64,000 nucleotides of DNA, from positions 75,578,001-75,642,000 of the forward strand of contig NC_043004.1 of assembly GCF_006345805.1 (NCBI RefSeq), read 5' to 3'. Position numbers and translations under genes: made by a program. A model generated the notes under the pieces. It did no database searches. It had not been told where the DNA came from and was given only the letters and a program-made list of their open reading frames with translations. Positions within the stretch are counted from its first letter, which is position 1. Every line of letters begins with the position of its first letter. Positions 13,359 to 26,000 of the stretch are shown piece by piece. Source of the DNA: Octopus sinensis (lineage: Eukaryota).

Positions 13359-13499
13359 CTAGTAAAACTCTTCTTCAGATTCATCCTCCTCAAAATATTT
13401 GACAGGCGCTCGGGAACGACCAGTTGTGGTACGAGCCTGTATGTCATTGAGCTTATGCACTTCTTCCTCAAATTCTTCTTCCTCGGGCTTTGGCGGAAC
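13359..13499 (-). CDS. top2: top2 terminal coding exon
   Basis: [46 protein letters not shown], matching the TOP2 C-terminal GRxxxxVKY-acidic motif; stop at 13359-13361. Confidence 0.88.
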   Translation of the reverse strand, partial: VPPKPEEEEFEEEVHKLNDIQARTTTGRSRAPVKYFEEDESEEEFY

Positions 13500-16400
13500 C
13501 TGAAAACAAAAAAAAGAACAAACGTTTGTTAGTCAACAATATATACATATAGATAGATATAATCATCATCATCATTTAACATCTGCCTTCATATATATAT
13601 ATATATATAAAATCACAGAAAATTTGTTAAGCAGGCAACAAGCTGGCAGAATTGTGGACACATTGGATCAAATGCTTAGCTCAAATCCTGGTGAGGACGA
13701 TTTTGACTGAGGGATGGCGAACCAGATGGCTGCACCAGACTCCATTCTTGATGTGGCAGAGTTTCTACAGCTCGATGCCCTTCCTAACGCCAACCACTCC
13801 GAGAGCGTAGTGGGTGCTTTTTACATGCCACCAGCACGGGGGCCAGTCAGGCGGTACTGGCAAGGTGACGCTGGTAACGATCACGCTCGAATCATGCCCT
13901 TTTACGTGCAACAACATGGGGGCCAGTCAGGCGGTACTGGCAATGACCTCGCTCGAAAATAAAATGCCATCAAGTACGGGAGTAGGAGGAGGGGTGGGTG
14001 ATGTAATTGCTGTGACCCTCTCCCTTCAAAATCGCTGGCCTTGAACCCTGTGACAGACCCAGTGTCTCCATTCAGAGGGAATGGTTGTGCTTTCAGTCGC
14101 TTATATACATGGGACCTGAATCACCAGCTTTTAATGAGTCTTAGGGCTGAAGTCAAAATGGATTAAAAAAGGCCCAACAGACAAAGAACATTACTCTGCT
14201 TGATTTACTCTGAAATGCATAAGTTATGATTAAACGAATGACATCAAGGGAAAGAAGCCTACTTTATGCAATTCCAGGGCAATGATCAACAACATCACAA
14301 CCATCATCATCCACACTTAACGTCTGTTTACCACGATGGCATGGGTTGGATGGTTTAACAGAAACTAGCAAGCCAGGGAACTGCACCCCAGAAAACTTGC
14401 ACATGGTTAGCAAGTTACCCTCATGCAAAAATTTAATCCCCTTGGTGAGACTTAACTTACTAATCATGTTTGGTCAATAGTTTAACCTCTTTAGCATTCA
14501 TATTGCTCTGTCAAATTGCCTGTTTTGGCTTGGTTTCTACAGCTGCATGCCCTTCTTAACCCTTTCATTACTATATTTCTGACCAAAATACACCCCTCAT
14601 GAGTTTCAGTTAAATTCTAAAATAATTATGAATTTAGACTAGTTTCATTAAATAACTGTAACTTTTTTTACTTATCAACATAATAATGTGATATTTGGAA
14701 CATAATTAAAGAAAGGGTTCTTAATCAATTCTATTGCATAATTTTTGTCTCAAAGTGACTCTAACTACAGGTAAATCCAGGTAAACTAAGCAAAAGGTAA
14801 AAATATTAAAATTTTGTTTAATGCCATACTTTTTTTATGTGGCACCAGTGCAGATACTTTTTATGTGACACCAGCATGGGTGCTTTTTACATAGCACCAG
14901 CTCGAGTGTTTTTGACATGGCAATTAAAAAACAAATCCTCTGACCCTTACAGTGGATGTAGATTTTGAGATAGGAATTGTGTTACTTCATTTTTGAGAAT
15001 GGGGTACTTGCTAGAGATTTTCCACACTTCATATGATGCAGTGTGCTTGTTTTATTTTTAAAGACGTCGTGACAGCTGACTTGCACGCAGTCAGCAAAAA
15101 TTTCATCCCCTTGGTGAGACTTAACTTACCAATCATGTTTGGTCAATAGTTTAACCCCTTTGGCATTCAGATTACTCTGGTCAAATATAATGTTTATTCA
15201 TTCACATTGCATTGAATAAATCACATGTTAACTCAGATTTGCAATTTTGATGATATGACTCTTTCTTTGCAGAATGACATTGAAAAGTAGGTGTGAAAAG
15301 CCTGATCTGGCAGGTTTAAACATAAACCAGGCAGAATATATGGGCTAGATATTACTGGTTTAACCCTTTCGTTACTGCGTTTCTGATGATGTGCTCTGTG
15401 TTTCTTTCAATTGCTTTAGATATAACAAAGAATTTAGTAAAATAATTTAATTATTATTCAGCTAGTGTTAGGAACATAAATTGTGACTAAGGTTTGGTGG
15501 AAGATTTTAAATCAAAACTTATGAAAACAAGACATTTGTACTCAGAGCCAGAGCTGGTTTCAGCCTGTTTGGTATCAAAAGGGTTAAGGCCCACCTTATT
15601 CTCTCTCCAACTTTAACCTTTTCATTACTGTATTTATTTTGAGATGCTCTGTGTTTCTTTCAATTACTTTAAATATAACAAAGAATTTAGTAAAATAACT
15701 TAGTTATTATTCAGCTAGTGTTAGGAACATAAATTGCGACTAAGGTTTGGTGGAAGATTTTAATTCAGAACTTATGAAAACAAAACATTTTTACTACAAA
15801 GCCAGAGGTGGTTTCAGCCAGGTTGGTATTGAAAGGGTTAAATGCTAAGGGGTTAAGCAAGTACTTCAACAACACAGTATCAGAACTTCACAGACAATTC
15901 TATCATCGTACAGAAATGGCAATAAAAACAATTCAAATGAGAATGAAATTATGAGAATAATCAATGTTTGTTAAGAAATAATAATCTCCCGTCATAGCTG
16001 TAAGGAAATTATTGCATTATGAGGAAGATACAAATGGAGAGAGAAATGAGAAAATTCTTACTTTCTTGGCTTTAGTTATTTTAGGTTTCTTAGGGACAAA
16101 ACCACTGTCAGAATCACTCTCTTCCTTCTTTTTGGTTTTTCTCTTTTTAACAGGTTTTTCTAGAAAATAGGCAATAACAATAAGAAATTAATAAAATCCC
16201 TTAACTTCATCAACAAAATTCCTGAAAACATTTAAAATTCAAAGACAAAGACACATTTATTTCAACAGGACAGAGATATTCACATTTACTGTATTTGCTG
16301 GTGGCATGTAAAAACCACCATCTGAACGTAGCAGATGCCAGTACCCCCACCCCCAACTGGCCCCCATGCTGGTGGCACGTAAAAAGCACCATCCGAACGT

Positions 16401-18114
16401 GCCGATGCCAGGTCTGCCCGACTAGCCCCCCGTGCCAGTGGCACATAAAAAGCACCATCCGAATGTGACCGATGCCAGTACCCAACTGACTGGCCCCCGT
16501 GCTAGTGGCACGTAAAAAGCACCATCCAAATGAGGCCGATGCCAGTGTCACCTGACTGGGCGCCATGCTGATGGCACATAAAAAGCACTATCCAAATGTG
16601 ATCAATGCCAGGCCCAACTGACAGGTTGCTGTGCCAGTGGCATGTAAAAAAGAACCCACTACACTCTCAGAGTGGTTGGCATTAGGAAGGTCATCCAGCT
16701 GTAGAAACACTGCCAGATCAGATTGGAGCCTGGTGTAGCCACAGGATCTCTAAACCTCAGTCAAACAGTCCAATCCATGCCAGCATGGAAAATGGACATT
16801 AAACAATGATGATGATGATGATGATGACGATGACTTGTGTATAAGTTGCACCTCTGACTATTTTTACCCTTCATAGTTTTTGCTTTGCTCCATGAATAAG
16901 CTGCACACCCAAGATTTTCAGTTAACCCTTTCGTTACTGCATTTATTTTGAGAAACTCTGTATTTCTTTCAATTACTTTAAATAATTACTTTAAATATAA
17001 CAAAGAATTTAGTAAAATAACTTAGTTATCATTAAGCTGGAGTTAGGAACATAAATTGTGACTAAGGTTGTTTGGAGGGAGATTTTATTTCAAAACTTAT
17101 GAAAACAAGACATTTGTACTACAGAGCCAGAAGCGGTTTCAGCTGGGTTGGTAACAAAAGGGTTTAAAATTGAAGCATAAAATTGCGCAGCTTATACACA
17201 GGTAAAAACAGTAATTCTTAGTGTAGGAAATTTTAATTTCCCTTTTGGTCATTTTCTGTCAGTCAGTTTTTCCTTAACCCTTTTGTATTCAAATTATTTT
17301 GTCACACTGTTTTTAATTATTTATGTTATTTACATTTGACAGATATTTGTCCTCATCTTGCTTGTTGTTAACACAACGTTTCGGCTGTTATACCCTCCAG
17401 CCTTCATCAGGTGTCTTGGGGAAATTTCGAACCTGGGTTCTCATTCCTAACTAGGAATCTTGGGGTTAATAGCCAGCGCTCTTAACCACTACGTCCCCAA
17501 CACCACACCTAATTTTATTAAAGGATTAGTTGCTCCAAAGCTTAACAATAAACATGGGGGCCTGTATAGAAGGATGTTTGGCCTACCAGAGGAAGCCGAG
17601 AGTTGTAATTGTCATCATCATCATCATTGAACACCTGTTTTTCTATATCAGCTTCAATTGTATGGATCTGATTACTTGTTGCAGTTCACATTGTCTTGCA
17701 CACACAGCAATAAAAACTTAGCCAACACTGCTAATGTGTATGTATTACAATACATTTATATATATATATATATATGAGCGAGTGTTGTTTATTACATGTA
17801 GGTTTGGTCAGCTGTCCAAAAACTTGCAGGAATCAACTTTTTGTAAAGTGTGACATGGCTCCTGTTCACAACAGAACATGTACAACCTGTGGAGAGGTGT
17901 GCTTTCAGTTGGAGGATTGAAAAGGCATGTCAAAAGATTTCATGCAGTAGCACCTGTTCTTTCTGAAAGCCATCCAGCACAACAGCTGCGCATTATGCAA
18001 TAGAATGTGCAAATCTTTGGCCAGGCTCAAGAGTCATACAAGGGCCTCACATTGCCTCATTTCAATGACTCTTTCTAGCAGAGGCTTTGCTCACATACAA
18101 GGAAGCAGTTACTA

Positions 18115-18152
<38 letters not shown>

Positions 18153-20022
18153 TGCTGGTGACACATAAATAGCACCTGTGCTGGTTCCACATATAAAGCA
18201 CCAAGTGCACTCTGTGGAGTGTCAGATGTTAGGAATGGCATTCAGCTAGAGAAACCATGGCAAGGTAGGCAGATGGAGCTTGGTGCAGTCTTCTGCCTGG
18301 CCAGCTCCTGTCAAACCATCCAATCTATGCCAGTATGAAAAACTGATGAGGATGAAGATGGTGATGATAAGGCGGCGAGCTGGCAGAAACATTAGCATGC
18401 CAGACGAAATGCTTAGCAGTATTTAGTCTGTCTTTACATTCTGAGTTCAAATTCCGCCAAGGTTGACTTTGCCTTTCATTCTTTCGGGGTCGATAAATTA
18501 TGTACCAGTTGTGTACTGGGGTCGATCTAATCGACTGGGGCCCCACTCCCCAAAAATTTCAGTCCTTGTACCTAGAATAGAAATGGATGAGGATGATGAT
18601 GATGAGGAGGAGGAGGCCGACAATGACTTCTAAGAATTTACATATTGGCACAAGTTACCAAACTGAGAGCATTTGATTGTGTCACTGAAACCCCCAAGAG
18701 CCACTTCCTAATGAGATCAAGTCTATAATGCAGAAACACACACCAAATAGATTTCAAAGTCCGAATATTTATAAGCAAAAATAAACTTGCTAAAATGGAC
18801 CAACAAAACACTGCATTGAAAACGATAACAGCTGGGAAAAAGAAAAACACTCGTTCTGAAAAAAAAAAGATTATTATGATGACACATAAGATTTGTGTCA
18901 TAATTTATGAAACACCATACAAATGGTGTATTTTTTCTAACTGCCACCCAGGGTACATAAAGGCTCTAATTACATTCCAATAAGAATGGACAGACCATGC
19001 TACAATGAACCTGGTGCATGGATAGCAAAAGACAAAGCTGGAATCTGATAAACAGCCACAAAAGGAAAACGCGACTTGCATGTAGATAGCATTGAAGTGG
19101 TAATTAATAAACCCAGAAAAGAGGTAAGTGCTACTTATGAAATAACGATTAGGTTAATTAACAAAGAGTTCAATGCAACTGAATCCAAATAATTGTTAGT
19201 AATGTTAGCTGAGAAATATGCAGATGCTGAAGCAGTTGTTGTATAGGCCCCAGTGACCTTGTTGTAGAGGTCCCACTTGCTAAAGAGGCCCTCATTGTGA
19301 TATAAATCCTAGCTACTCGTCCAACTGAGTGAACTTGACGGATGAAAGCTAGAAGCACAATGTGTGCATGTGTGTGTAAACAGATCACTACGGATAAGTG
19401 TGTGTACCCTTTGCCTGGACATCATGTTTTGCTTGTAAATGAGCATTGTCATCATCAACATCATTATCATCATCATCAACATCATTATCATCATCATGCA
19501 AGTCGTCTATCTTCCGCAGAAAACGTGTCTGTCCAAGATGAGATATTACCTTGCTGGGGAAACAGGTGAGGGTTGGTGACTGAAAGGACATCTGGCCGTA
19601 GAAAAATTTGCCATCAAATATTGTCTGACCCATGCAAACATGGAAAAGTGAACATTCAGTGATGATGGCCAGTCTGAGGAGAAGTTGGTCTGAACTAGTA
19701 AATGCTATTTACATTTGACGGATATTTGTCCTCATTTTTGTTTGTTGTTAAAACAATGTTTCAGCTGATATACCTTCCTGCCTTCATCAGGTGTCTTGGG
19801 GAAATTTGATCCTGGGTTCTCATTCCTCACGTATTTTTCGATGTTAGTATTATTATTATTATTCAGGTCATTGCCTGGAATCGAACTTGGAATCCTGGTG
19901 TTAGTAGCCCGTGCTCTTAACCATTATGCCATATGCCCGAGCATTTGGGGAAGTGGTTAAGAGCGCGGACTTCTAACCTCAAGATTCCAAGTTCAATTCC
20001 AGGCAGTGACCTTAAAAAAACA

Positions 20023-20055
<33 letters not shown>

Positions 20056-23000
20056 TAATAATAATAATAATAATAACAACAATAGTAATAATAATGCCCT
20101 CATGCAGTACCAGGCAGTGGCTCTCATGGCTTCTGATCTTAACTGATTGGAAGTGTTTTCATGTACATTGTTTTGTCGTGGCATAAAAGATGGCCTACAA
20201 CAAATATTCAGCCAAATACCAGATTTGCTTGTCAGTTGTTTGACCGTAACCAGTTGAGCATGTCCCTTAGTGGCTGACGATATGTGCATCTCTGATCACA
20301 AGCAGAAGTAGTGGGGGAGCATCATAGCCGTGTATCGAGAGGGATTCTTTGGGGTTTGAATAATGCATCTCTGGAAACATGGGTGTTTTGTTCAACATCC
20401 TTAAACAACTCTTATTCAGGGACCTTTTGAGTGGGATGGGTTACTCAACCAGAAGAAAATTCTAAGTGGGCCCCCACCTGCAAGGTCATGTGCCGTTTAT
20501 CATGATATGAGATCACCATGTCGCACACATATGGTTGTGATGTATGTGCCTAGTGTAAACGTATCAGATGGGTAGTCATAATGAGTATACTGGGCTTCGT
20601 ATATTTTACCCCAGTGTCACTTTGATGGAATGCACTGCTCTCTCACTCAACAACAACAACATCATCATCACCACCAACACCACCACCCCAAGACACCTGA
20701 TGAAGGCTGGAGGGAAAATCAGCCGAAACATGTTAACAAACAAGATGAGGACAAATATCTGTCAAATAAATGATTACTCATCTCTTAAATATAGAACAGT
20801 TTTAGTAAATGTTAACCAACGGCAACAAAAATAAGAAGTACCATAAGTTTTTGGAGGCTTGGACTTGCTGGATTCACTTGGTTCATCTTGTGTAAGATTT
20901 ACTTTGAAAGCACTAAGGATTGTAGGTTGGTTTCGGCCTAAAGTCAACATAGTGGTTGCACACAATCAAACAAGGAAAAAGCATTGTTAAGGTGAAGTTA
21001 ATTCACAAGCAGATAGGAATTATCTCACAAAACTTAAACAGAAAAAGCACATACATATATACGCATGCATGCATGCACATACAGACACACACACCAGCAG
21101 AATAGTAAACAAGCTGTTAACAGAGAAGAGACACACATCACGATGGTATGTGAAGGTAATAATTATCTGCATAAGGCAGTGGGTTCTCAAGTGGGGCCCA
21201 TATAAGATTTCATGGTTAACATTTATCTGCACTAAATTCATTATACTCCCACCTAAAATACACAACAAAATATTTTTAAAACTCCCATGCAATTCTTAAT
21301 AATATTTAATTAATAAATATATAACAAGGTTTTGGTTAAACATTGATTGTCTATAAGGGTCCACTTGAGTAAAATAGCAATAAAAGAAATTGATGGGCAA
21401 AAAGGGGTTGAGAAGCACACGTACAAAGGTTATTACAGATAACATAAGGCTCTCCAACAGCAATGAAAGAACTTTGCCAAAGGGAAACACGTTGTAGTTC
21501 ACTTGAAGCATTACCAAAATGTAGAGAATTGGTGAATAGTAAGCAGTAGTGCAAATACATCACATCAAAAATAAACGATAAAAATATTGAAATGTTATCA
21601 TATGAAGGGAGAGCTTTTTTTTTTTATCAATAAATTAATAAACCCAGAAAAGAAGTAATTAATTCTTATGAAATAATGATTAGATTAATTAACAAAGAGT
21701 TCAATGCAACTGAATCCAAATAATTGTTAGTAATGTTAGCTGAGAAATATGCAGATGCTGAAGCAGTTGTTGTATAGGCCCCAGTGACCTTGTTATAGAG
21801 GTCCCACTTGCTAAAGAGGCCCTTATTGTGATATAAATCCTAGCTACTCATGTCCAACTGAGTGCACTTGACAGATGAAAGCTAGAAGCACAATGTGTGC
21901 GTGTGTGTGTAAACAGATCACTATGGATAAGTGTGTGTACCCTTTGCCTGGACATCATGTTTTGCTTGTAAATGAGCATTGTCATCATCAACATCATCAT
22001 CATGCAAGTCGTCAGTCTTCCGCAGAAAATGTGTCTGGCCAAGATGAGATATTACCTTGCTGGGAAACAGGTGAGGGTTGGTGACTGAAAGGGCATCTGG
22101 CTGTAGAAAAATTTGCCAACAAATATTTTCTGACCCATGCAAACATGGAAAAGTGAACATTCAGTGATGATGGTCAGTCTGAGAAGTTCATGAAAATGGT
22201 TCATCATCAACATCGTTTAACATCTGCCTTCCATGCTGGCATGGGTTGGACGAGTTGACAGGGTCTGACCAGGCAGAAGACTGCACCTGTCTCTGTTTTG
22301 GCACAGTTTTTACAGCTAGGTCGAACAAACAGGTTTAGACAGCATTACAGTGAAGGAGGAGATAGTGTTAGTTGAAGGCTACCAAACCTGCCATACACAG
22401 ACAACTTCAGCTTTATATATAGAGAGATTGCTTCAACAAAAAGAGTTCCAGTAAATTATAGCAAAATGGCTAAGAAAATAGTTTTCAAGCTATTTATTTG
22501 CCATAATGACAACATGGCTGTAGGTCTTTGCCTAGATGATATACGGTCTTCACTACATGGTCTGAACTAGTAAATGTTCTGTGCTAAGGTATACTTAGCA
22601 TACCAGGCTTATAACTCTATTATGTTTCAGGCAGGATACATTGCTATAAATTTCAAACCGTTTTCTCTGGCTAAGCATGACAACTTACATCCCTAGTTAA
22701 GAACAAACTGGAATGGTAATGCGCTTCTTTCCAAATGCATTAGTAAACAAAAACGAATTGAAACCATAATCGAAAATTAAATCTGCTCTGGAATTAGTTA
22801 ACAGGATTTTAGTCAGTAACTAAACAAGCTAACTTCGAAACAGTTCTAGTGAATGTTAACCAACAGCAACAAAAATAAGAAGTACCATAAGTTGCTTTTG
22901 GATGCTTGGATTTGCTGGATTCACTTGGTTCATCTTGTGAAAGATTTACTTTGAAAGCACTAAGGATTGTACGTTGGTTTCGGCCTAAATTAAATCAGTA

Positions 23001-26000
23001 TTAGTGGTTGCACATAATCAAACAAGGAAAAAGCATTGTTAAGGTGAAGTAAATTCACAAGCAGTAAGGAATTATCTCACAAAACTTAAACAGAAAAAGC
23101 ACACATACGCACGCATGCATGCATGCATGCACACCAGCAGAATAGTAAACAAGCTGTTATTAGAGAAGAAATGCACATCATGGCAATATTTGAAGGTAAT
23201 AATTATTTGCTTGAAAGCAGTGCTTTTCAAGTGGGGTCCATATCAGATATACTTAATTATAAATATACAAGGATTTTTTTTTAACATTGATTGTCTATAA
23301 GGGTCCACTTATTAACTGACATTAGTTTGCTGAACTATTTAGCATTCAGGTTCCTCTAACAAATGTAATGTTTACACCTTCACATTGTTTTCAATGAATT
23401 ATGTATTACCTCATGTGTGATTGTTTATCTTAGAATAACATTGCAGGACACGTGTGACAGGCTAGATCTGGCTCGTTTGAACATAAGACAGGTGGAATAT
23501 TTGGGCTGGATGTGGTCAGTTAAATTTTAGTAGAGTCACTTAATTGCAGGAATATAATAATGGCTACTGAGCAGAAATAACATGGCACCACTGAGTTGGG
23601 CTGAAAGAGGACACAAAGGCATTACTTGCTACTGAGACTATGTTGAGTAGGGTCTCTGGATAGAAGAAGAGTTACTCTAGCAAATATGGGCAAAAGCAAA
23701 AAAAAATGAAAAAGGAGGAAGGGAATTTCTACTTAAGCAGATTTAGTAAAGACACAAAGAATCCCTCATTGGTACACAACTATGCAGAGATTTCCATCAT
23801 TACTACTGTTAATGGCAATACAAAATACATCCATTCTAAGCTAAAGTCTCACGATGTTCAGTTTTATTTGCCTTCCCTCCCTCACATGGAATGACAAAAG
23901 ATATATAAACTCTTATTTACCAGATTTTTCTGTTGTCTTTTCTTTCTTAGGAGCCCTTTTCTTTCCTTGTTTCTTCGGAAGTTCTTCAGGTACAAAGTCA
24001 AGTTCTTTATCCTCTTCGTCGCTAGATAAATGGTAAGTGATGGTGCCTGTAAATAGAAGGTGATTAATATTATATTTAATTTCAAACAAAAATAATATTT
24101 GACAAATGACGTCAATTATTCTGAGGAACATTTATTAAGCTTTCATTTAATAAATATCAATAAAGGGGCATAAAATAACTGGAAGTTTAAGGAGTTTATG
24201 GACCTCATTACAGGCTTGTGTCAGGGGCTGGCCCTAAAGAGTAGGGTTAGCCTTTGGGATGCGGTCTTAGTTACACAGAGGGTGTGTTTTTTCTGAGAGA
24301 TCCTTGATGATAGTGAGGCCCAGCATTTGTTTGAACCGACTTGAACTGAGTACCACTCATATTAGGAGTGAGCGGTTCTTCATATGAGTATTGCTTGAGT
24401 TTGTTCACTGTGAAAAAGAAACAAGGTTGGTTTGACCCCACTGAAGGATACTTTTAAGGACTCTTTTCATGAAATTAATAAAGGTGTGGTGTGTAGATGA
24501 TGTCTACTAACTGGAGAAGGTTTCGGAGAAATGAAGGTTTGTGTCAATCTGAATACTGTTGCATGAGGAAGCAAGTAGGAAAGAGACATAGAAGAGAACC
24601 AAGCTGAGCAGAACACCAGAATTGGTTAAGTACAGGACAGAAAGAACTCCATCAAGGTAAGCTTCAATGATATGCTCCGACAGAAAGCAACTGATCCAAG
24701 AAATGAGAAATTTGTGAAGCCTACAACTGGGAAGTTTTGATAGATTTGCATGAAGGCTGAGGACTGCTGGTGGCTTGAGCAACAATATTGCCAAATAAAA
24801 TGAAAAACAAACAGGATTGCAGACATGACAAAAAAAAAAGATTTTAGATGTGACAAGATATATCATAAGAAAATTGCTAATTTTTTAAATCTCACAACAA
24901 GAGATATTCAGCAACAGTACTTTGAAGTAAAGATTGTTTGCCAACATAACATGGCAGTCCTCGTTTAGGACGAATGTTGCTGTAATTTAGCCCCAGGAGA
25001 CATCGTCTCCAGCTGGTTTTACAACACGATTTGTGTCCTTATATTTTCAAACAAGGGAATCTAGCACCCCCACTTAGCTCAAAACAATATCTGTGTATCA
25101 CGATTTCTGGGTTATTTCCCTTCATCAGCACAGAATAATTGCTTGGCTAGAGGTGGCGCTGCAAAATTCCCATTCAAAATATTATAGTTTTCAAAGTGAC
25201 AACTAGTCACTGATTTATAAATTAGAAAATTACTATTTGTAAATCTCACAACGTGGGATATTCAGCAACAGTACTTTGTAGTAAAGATTGTTTACTAACA
25301 TAACCTGTTGCTGTAATTTAGCCCCAGGAGACTAAATTACAGCAACATGCTGGCTTATATTTTTGTCTTTATATTGTTCGAAAATATTAGGACACAAATT
25401 GTGTCATATAGCCAGGTGGAGACGATGTCTCCTGGGGCTAAATTACAGCAACATTCTTCCTAAACCAGGACTGCTATGTTATGTTGGCAAACAATCTTTA
25501 CTATAAGATATATCATAATCAGAAATTTTTAAAGAAAGCCAAAAGCACTCACTTTTCATGGGTTCTTTGGGAATTGAGGTTTTAACTGATGGTTTTGTAA
25601 GTGTAGTTGATATCCCAAAGACAGCATCGTCTCGTGCTTTTTTGGTCTGTTCAGTGACTCGGCTAAACAAGTCGGCATTTTCATCCTCAGAAGAATCCTC
25701 ATCCTCAAATTTGGGGCTTGCTGCCTTCACAGGAGAAGGGGCCTTCTTTTCACTGAAAAAGAAACAAACGTTTCAAGGATTATTCAAAAAGTAAAAATTT
25801 ACCAATGGTGCAGATGTGGTTGCATGGTAAGAAGTTTGCTGCCCAACCACATGGTTCTGGGTTCAGTCCCACTGCGTAGCCCTTGGACAGGTATCTTCTA
25901 CTGTAGCCTCGTGAATGGAATTGGTAGACTGAAACTGAAAGAAGCTTATTTTGTGTGTGTCCCCTGTCACCACTTGACAAATGGTGTTGGTGTATTTATG

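Larger units (their letters stand above)
19102..23310. repeat. tandem segmental duplication (about 19102-21366 and 21633-23310), each unit holding one top2 exon
   Basis: Shared unique sequence (aattaataaacccagaaaag...; ...ctataagggtccactt), a shared SINE fragment and the exon; each copy has different later insertions. Confidence 0.9.

Noticed and set aside
15121-15150. Strong minus-strand donor (TTG/GTAAGT) suggesting an extra top2 exon
   Set aside because: No convincing acceptor or coding frame upstream; the flanking exons already join in phase.
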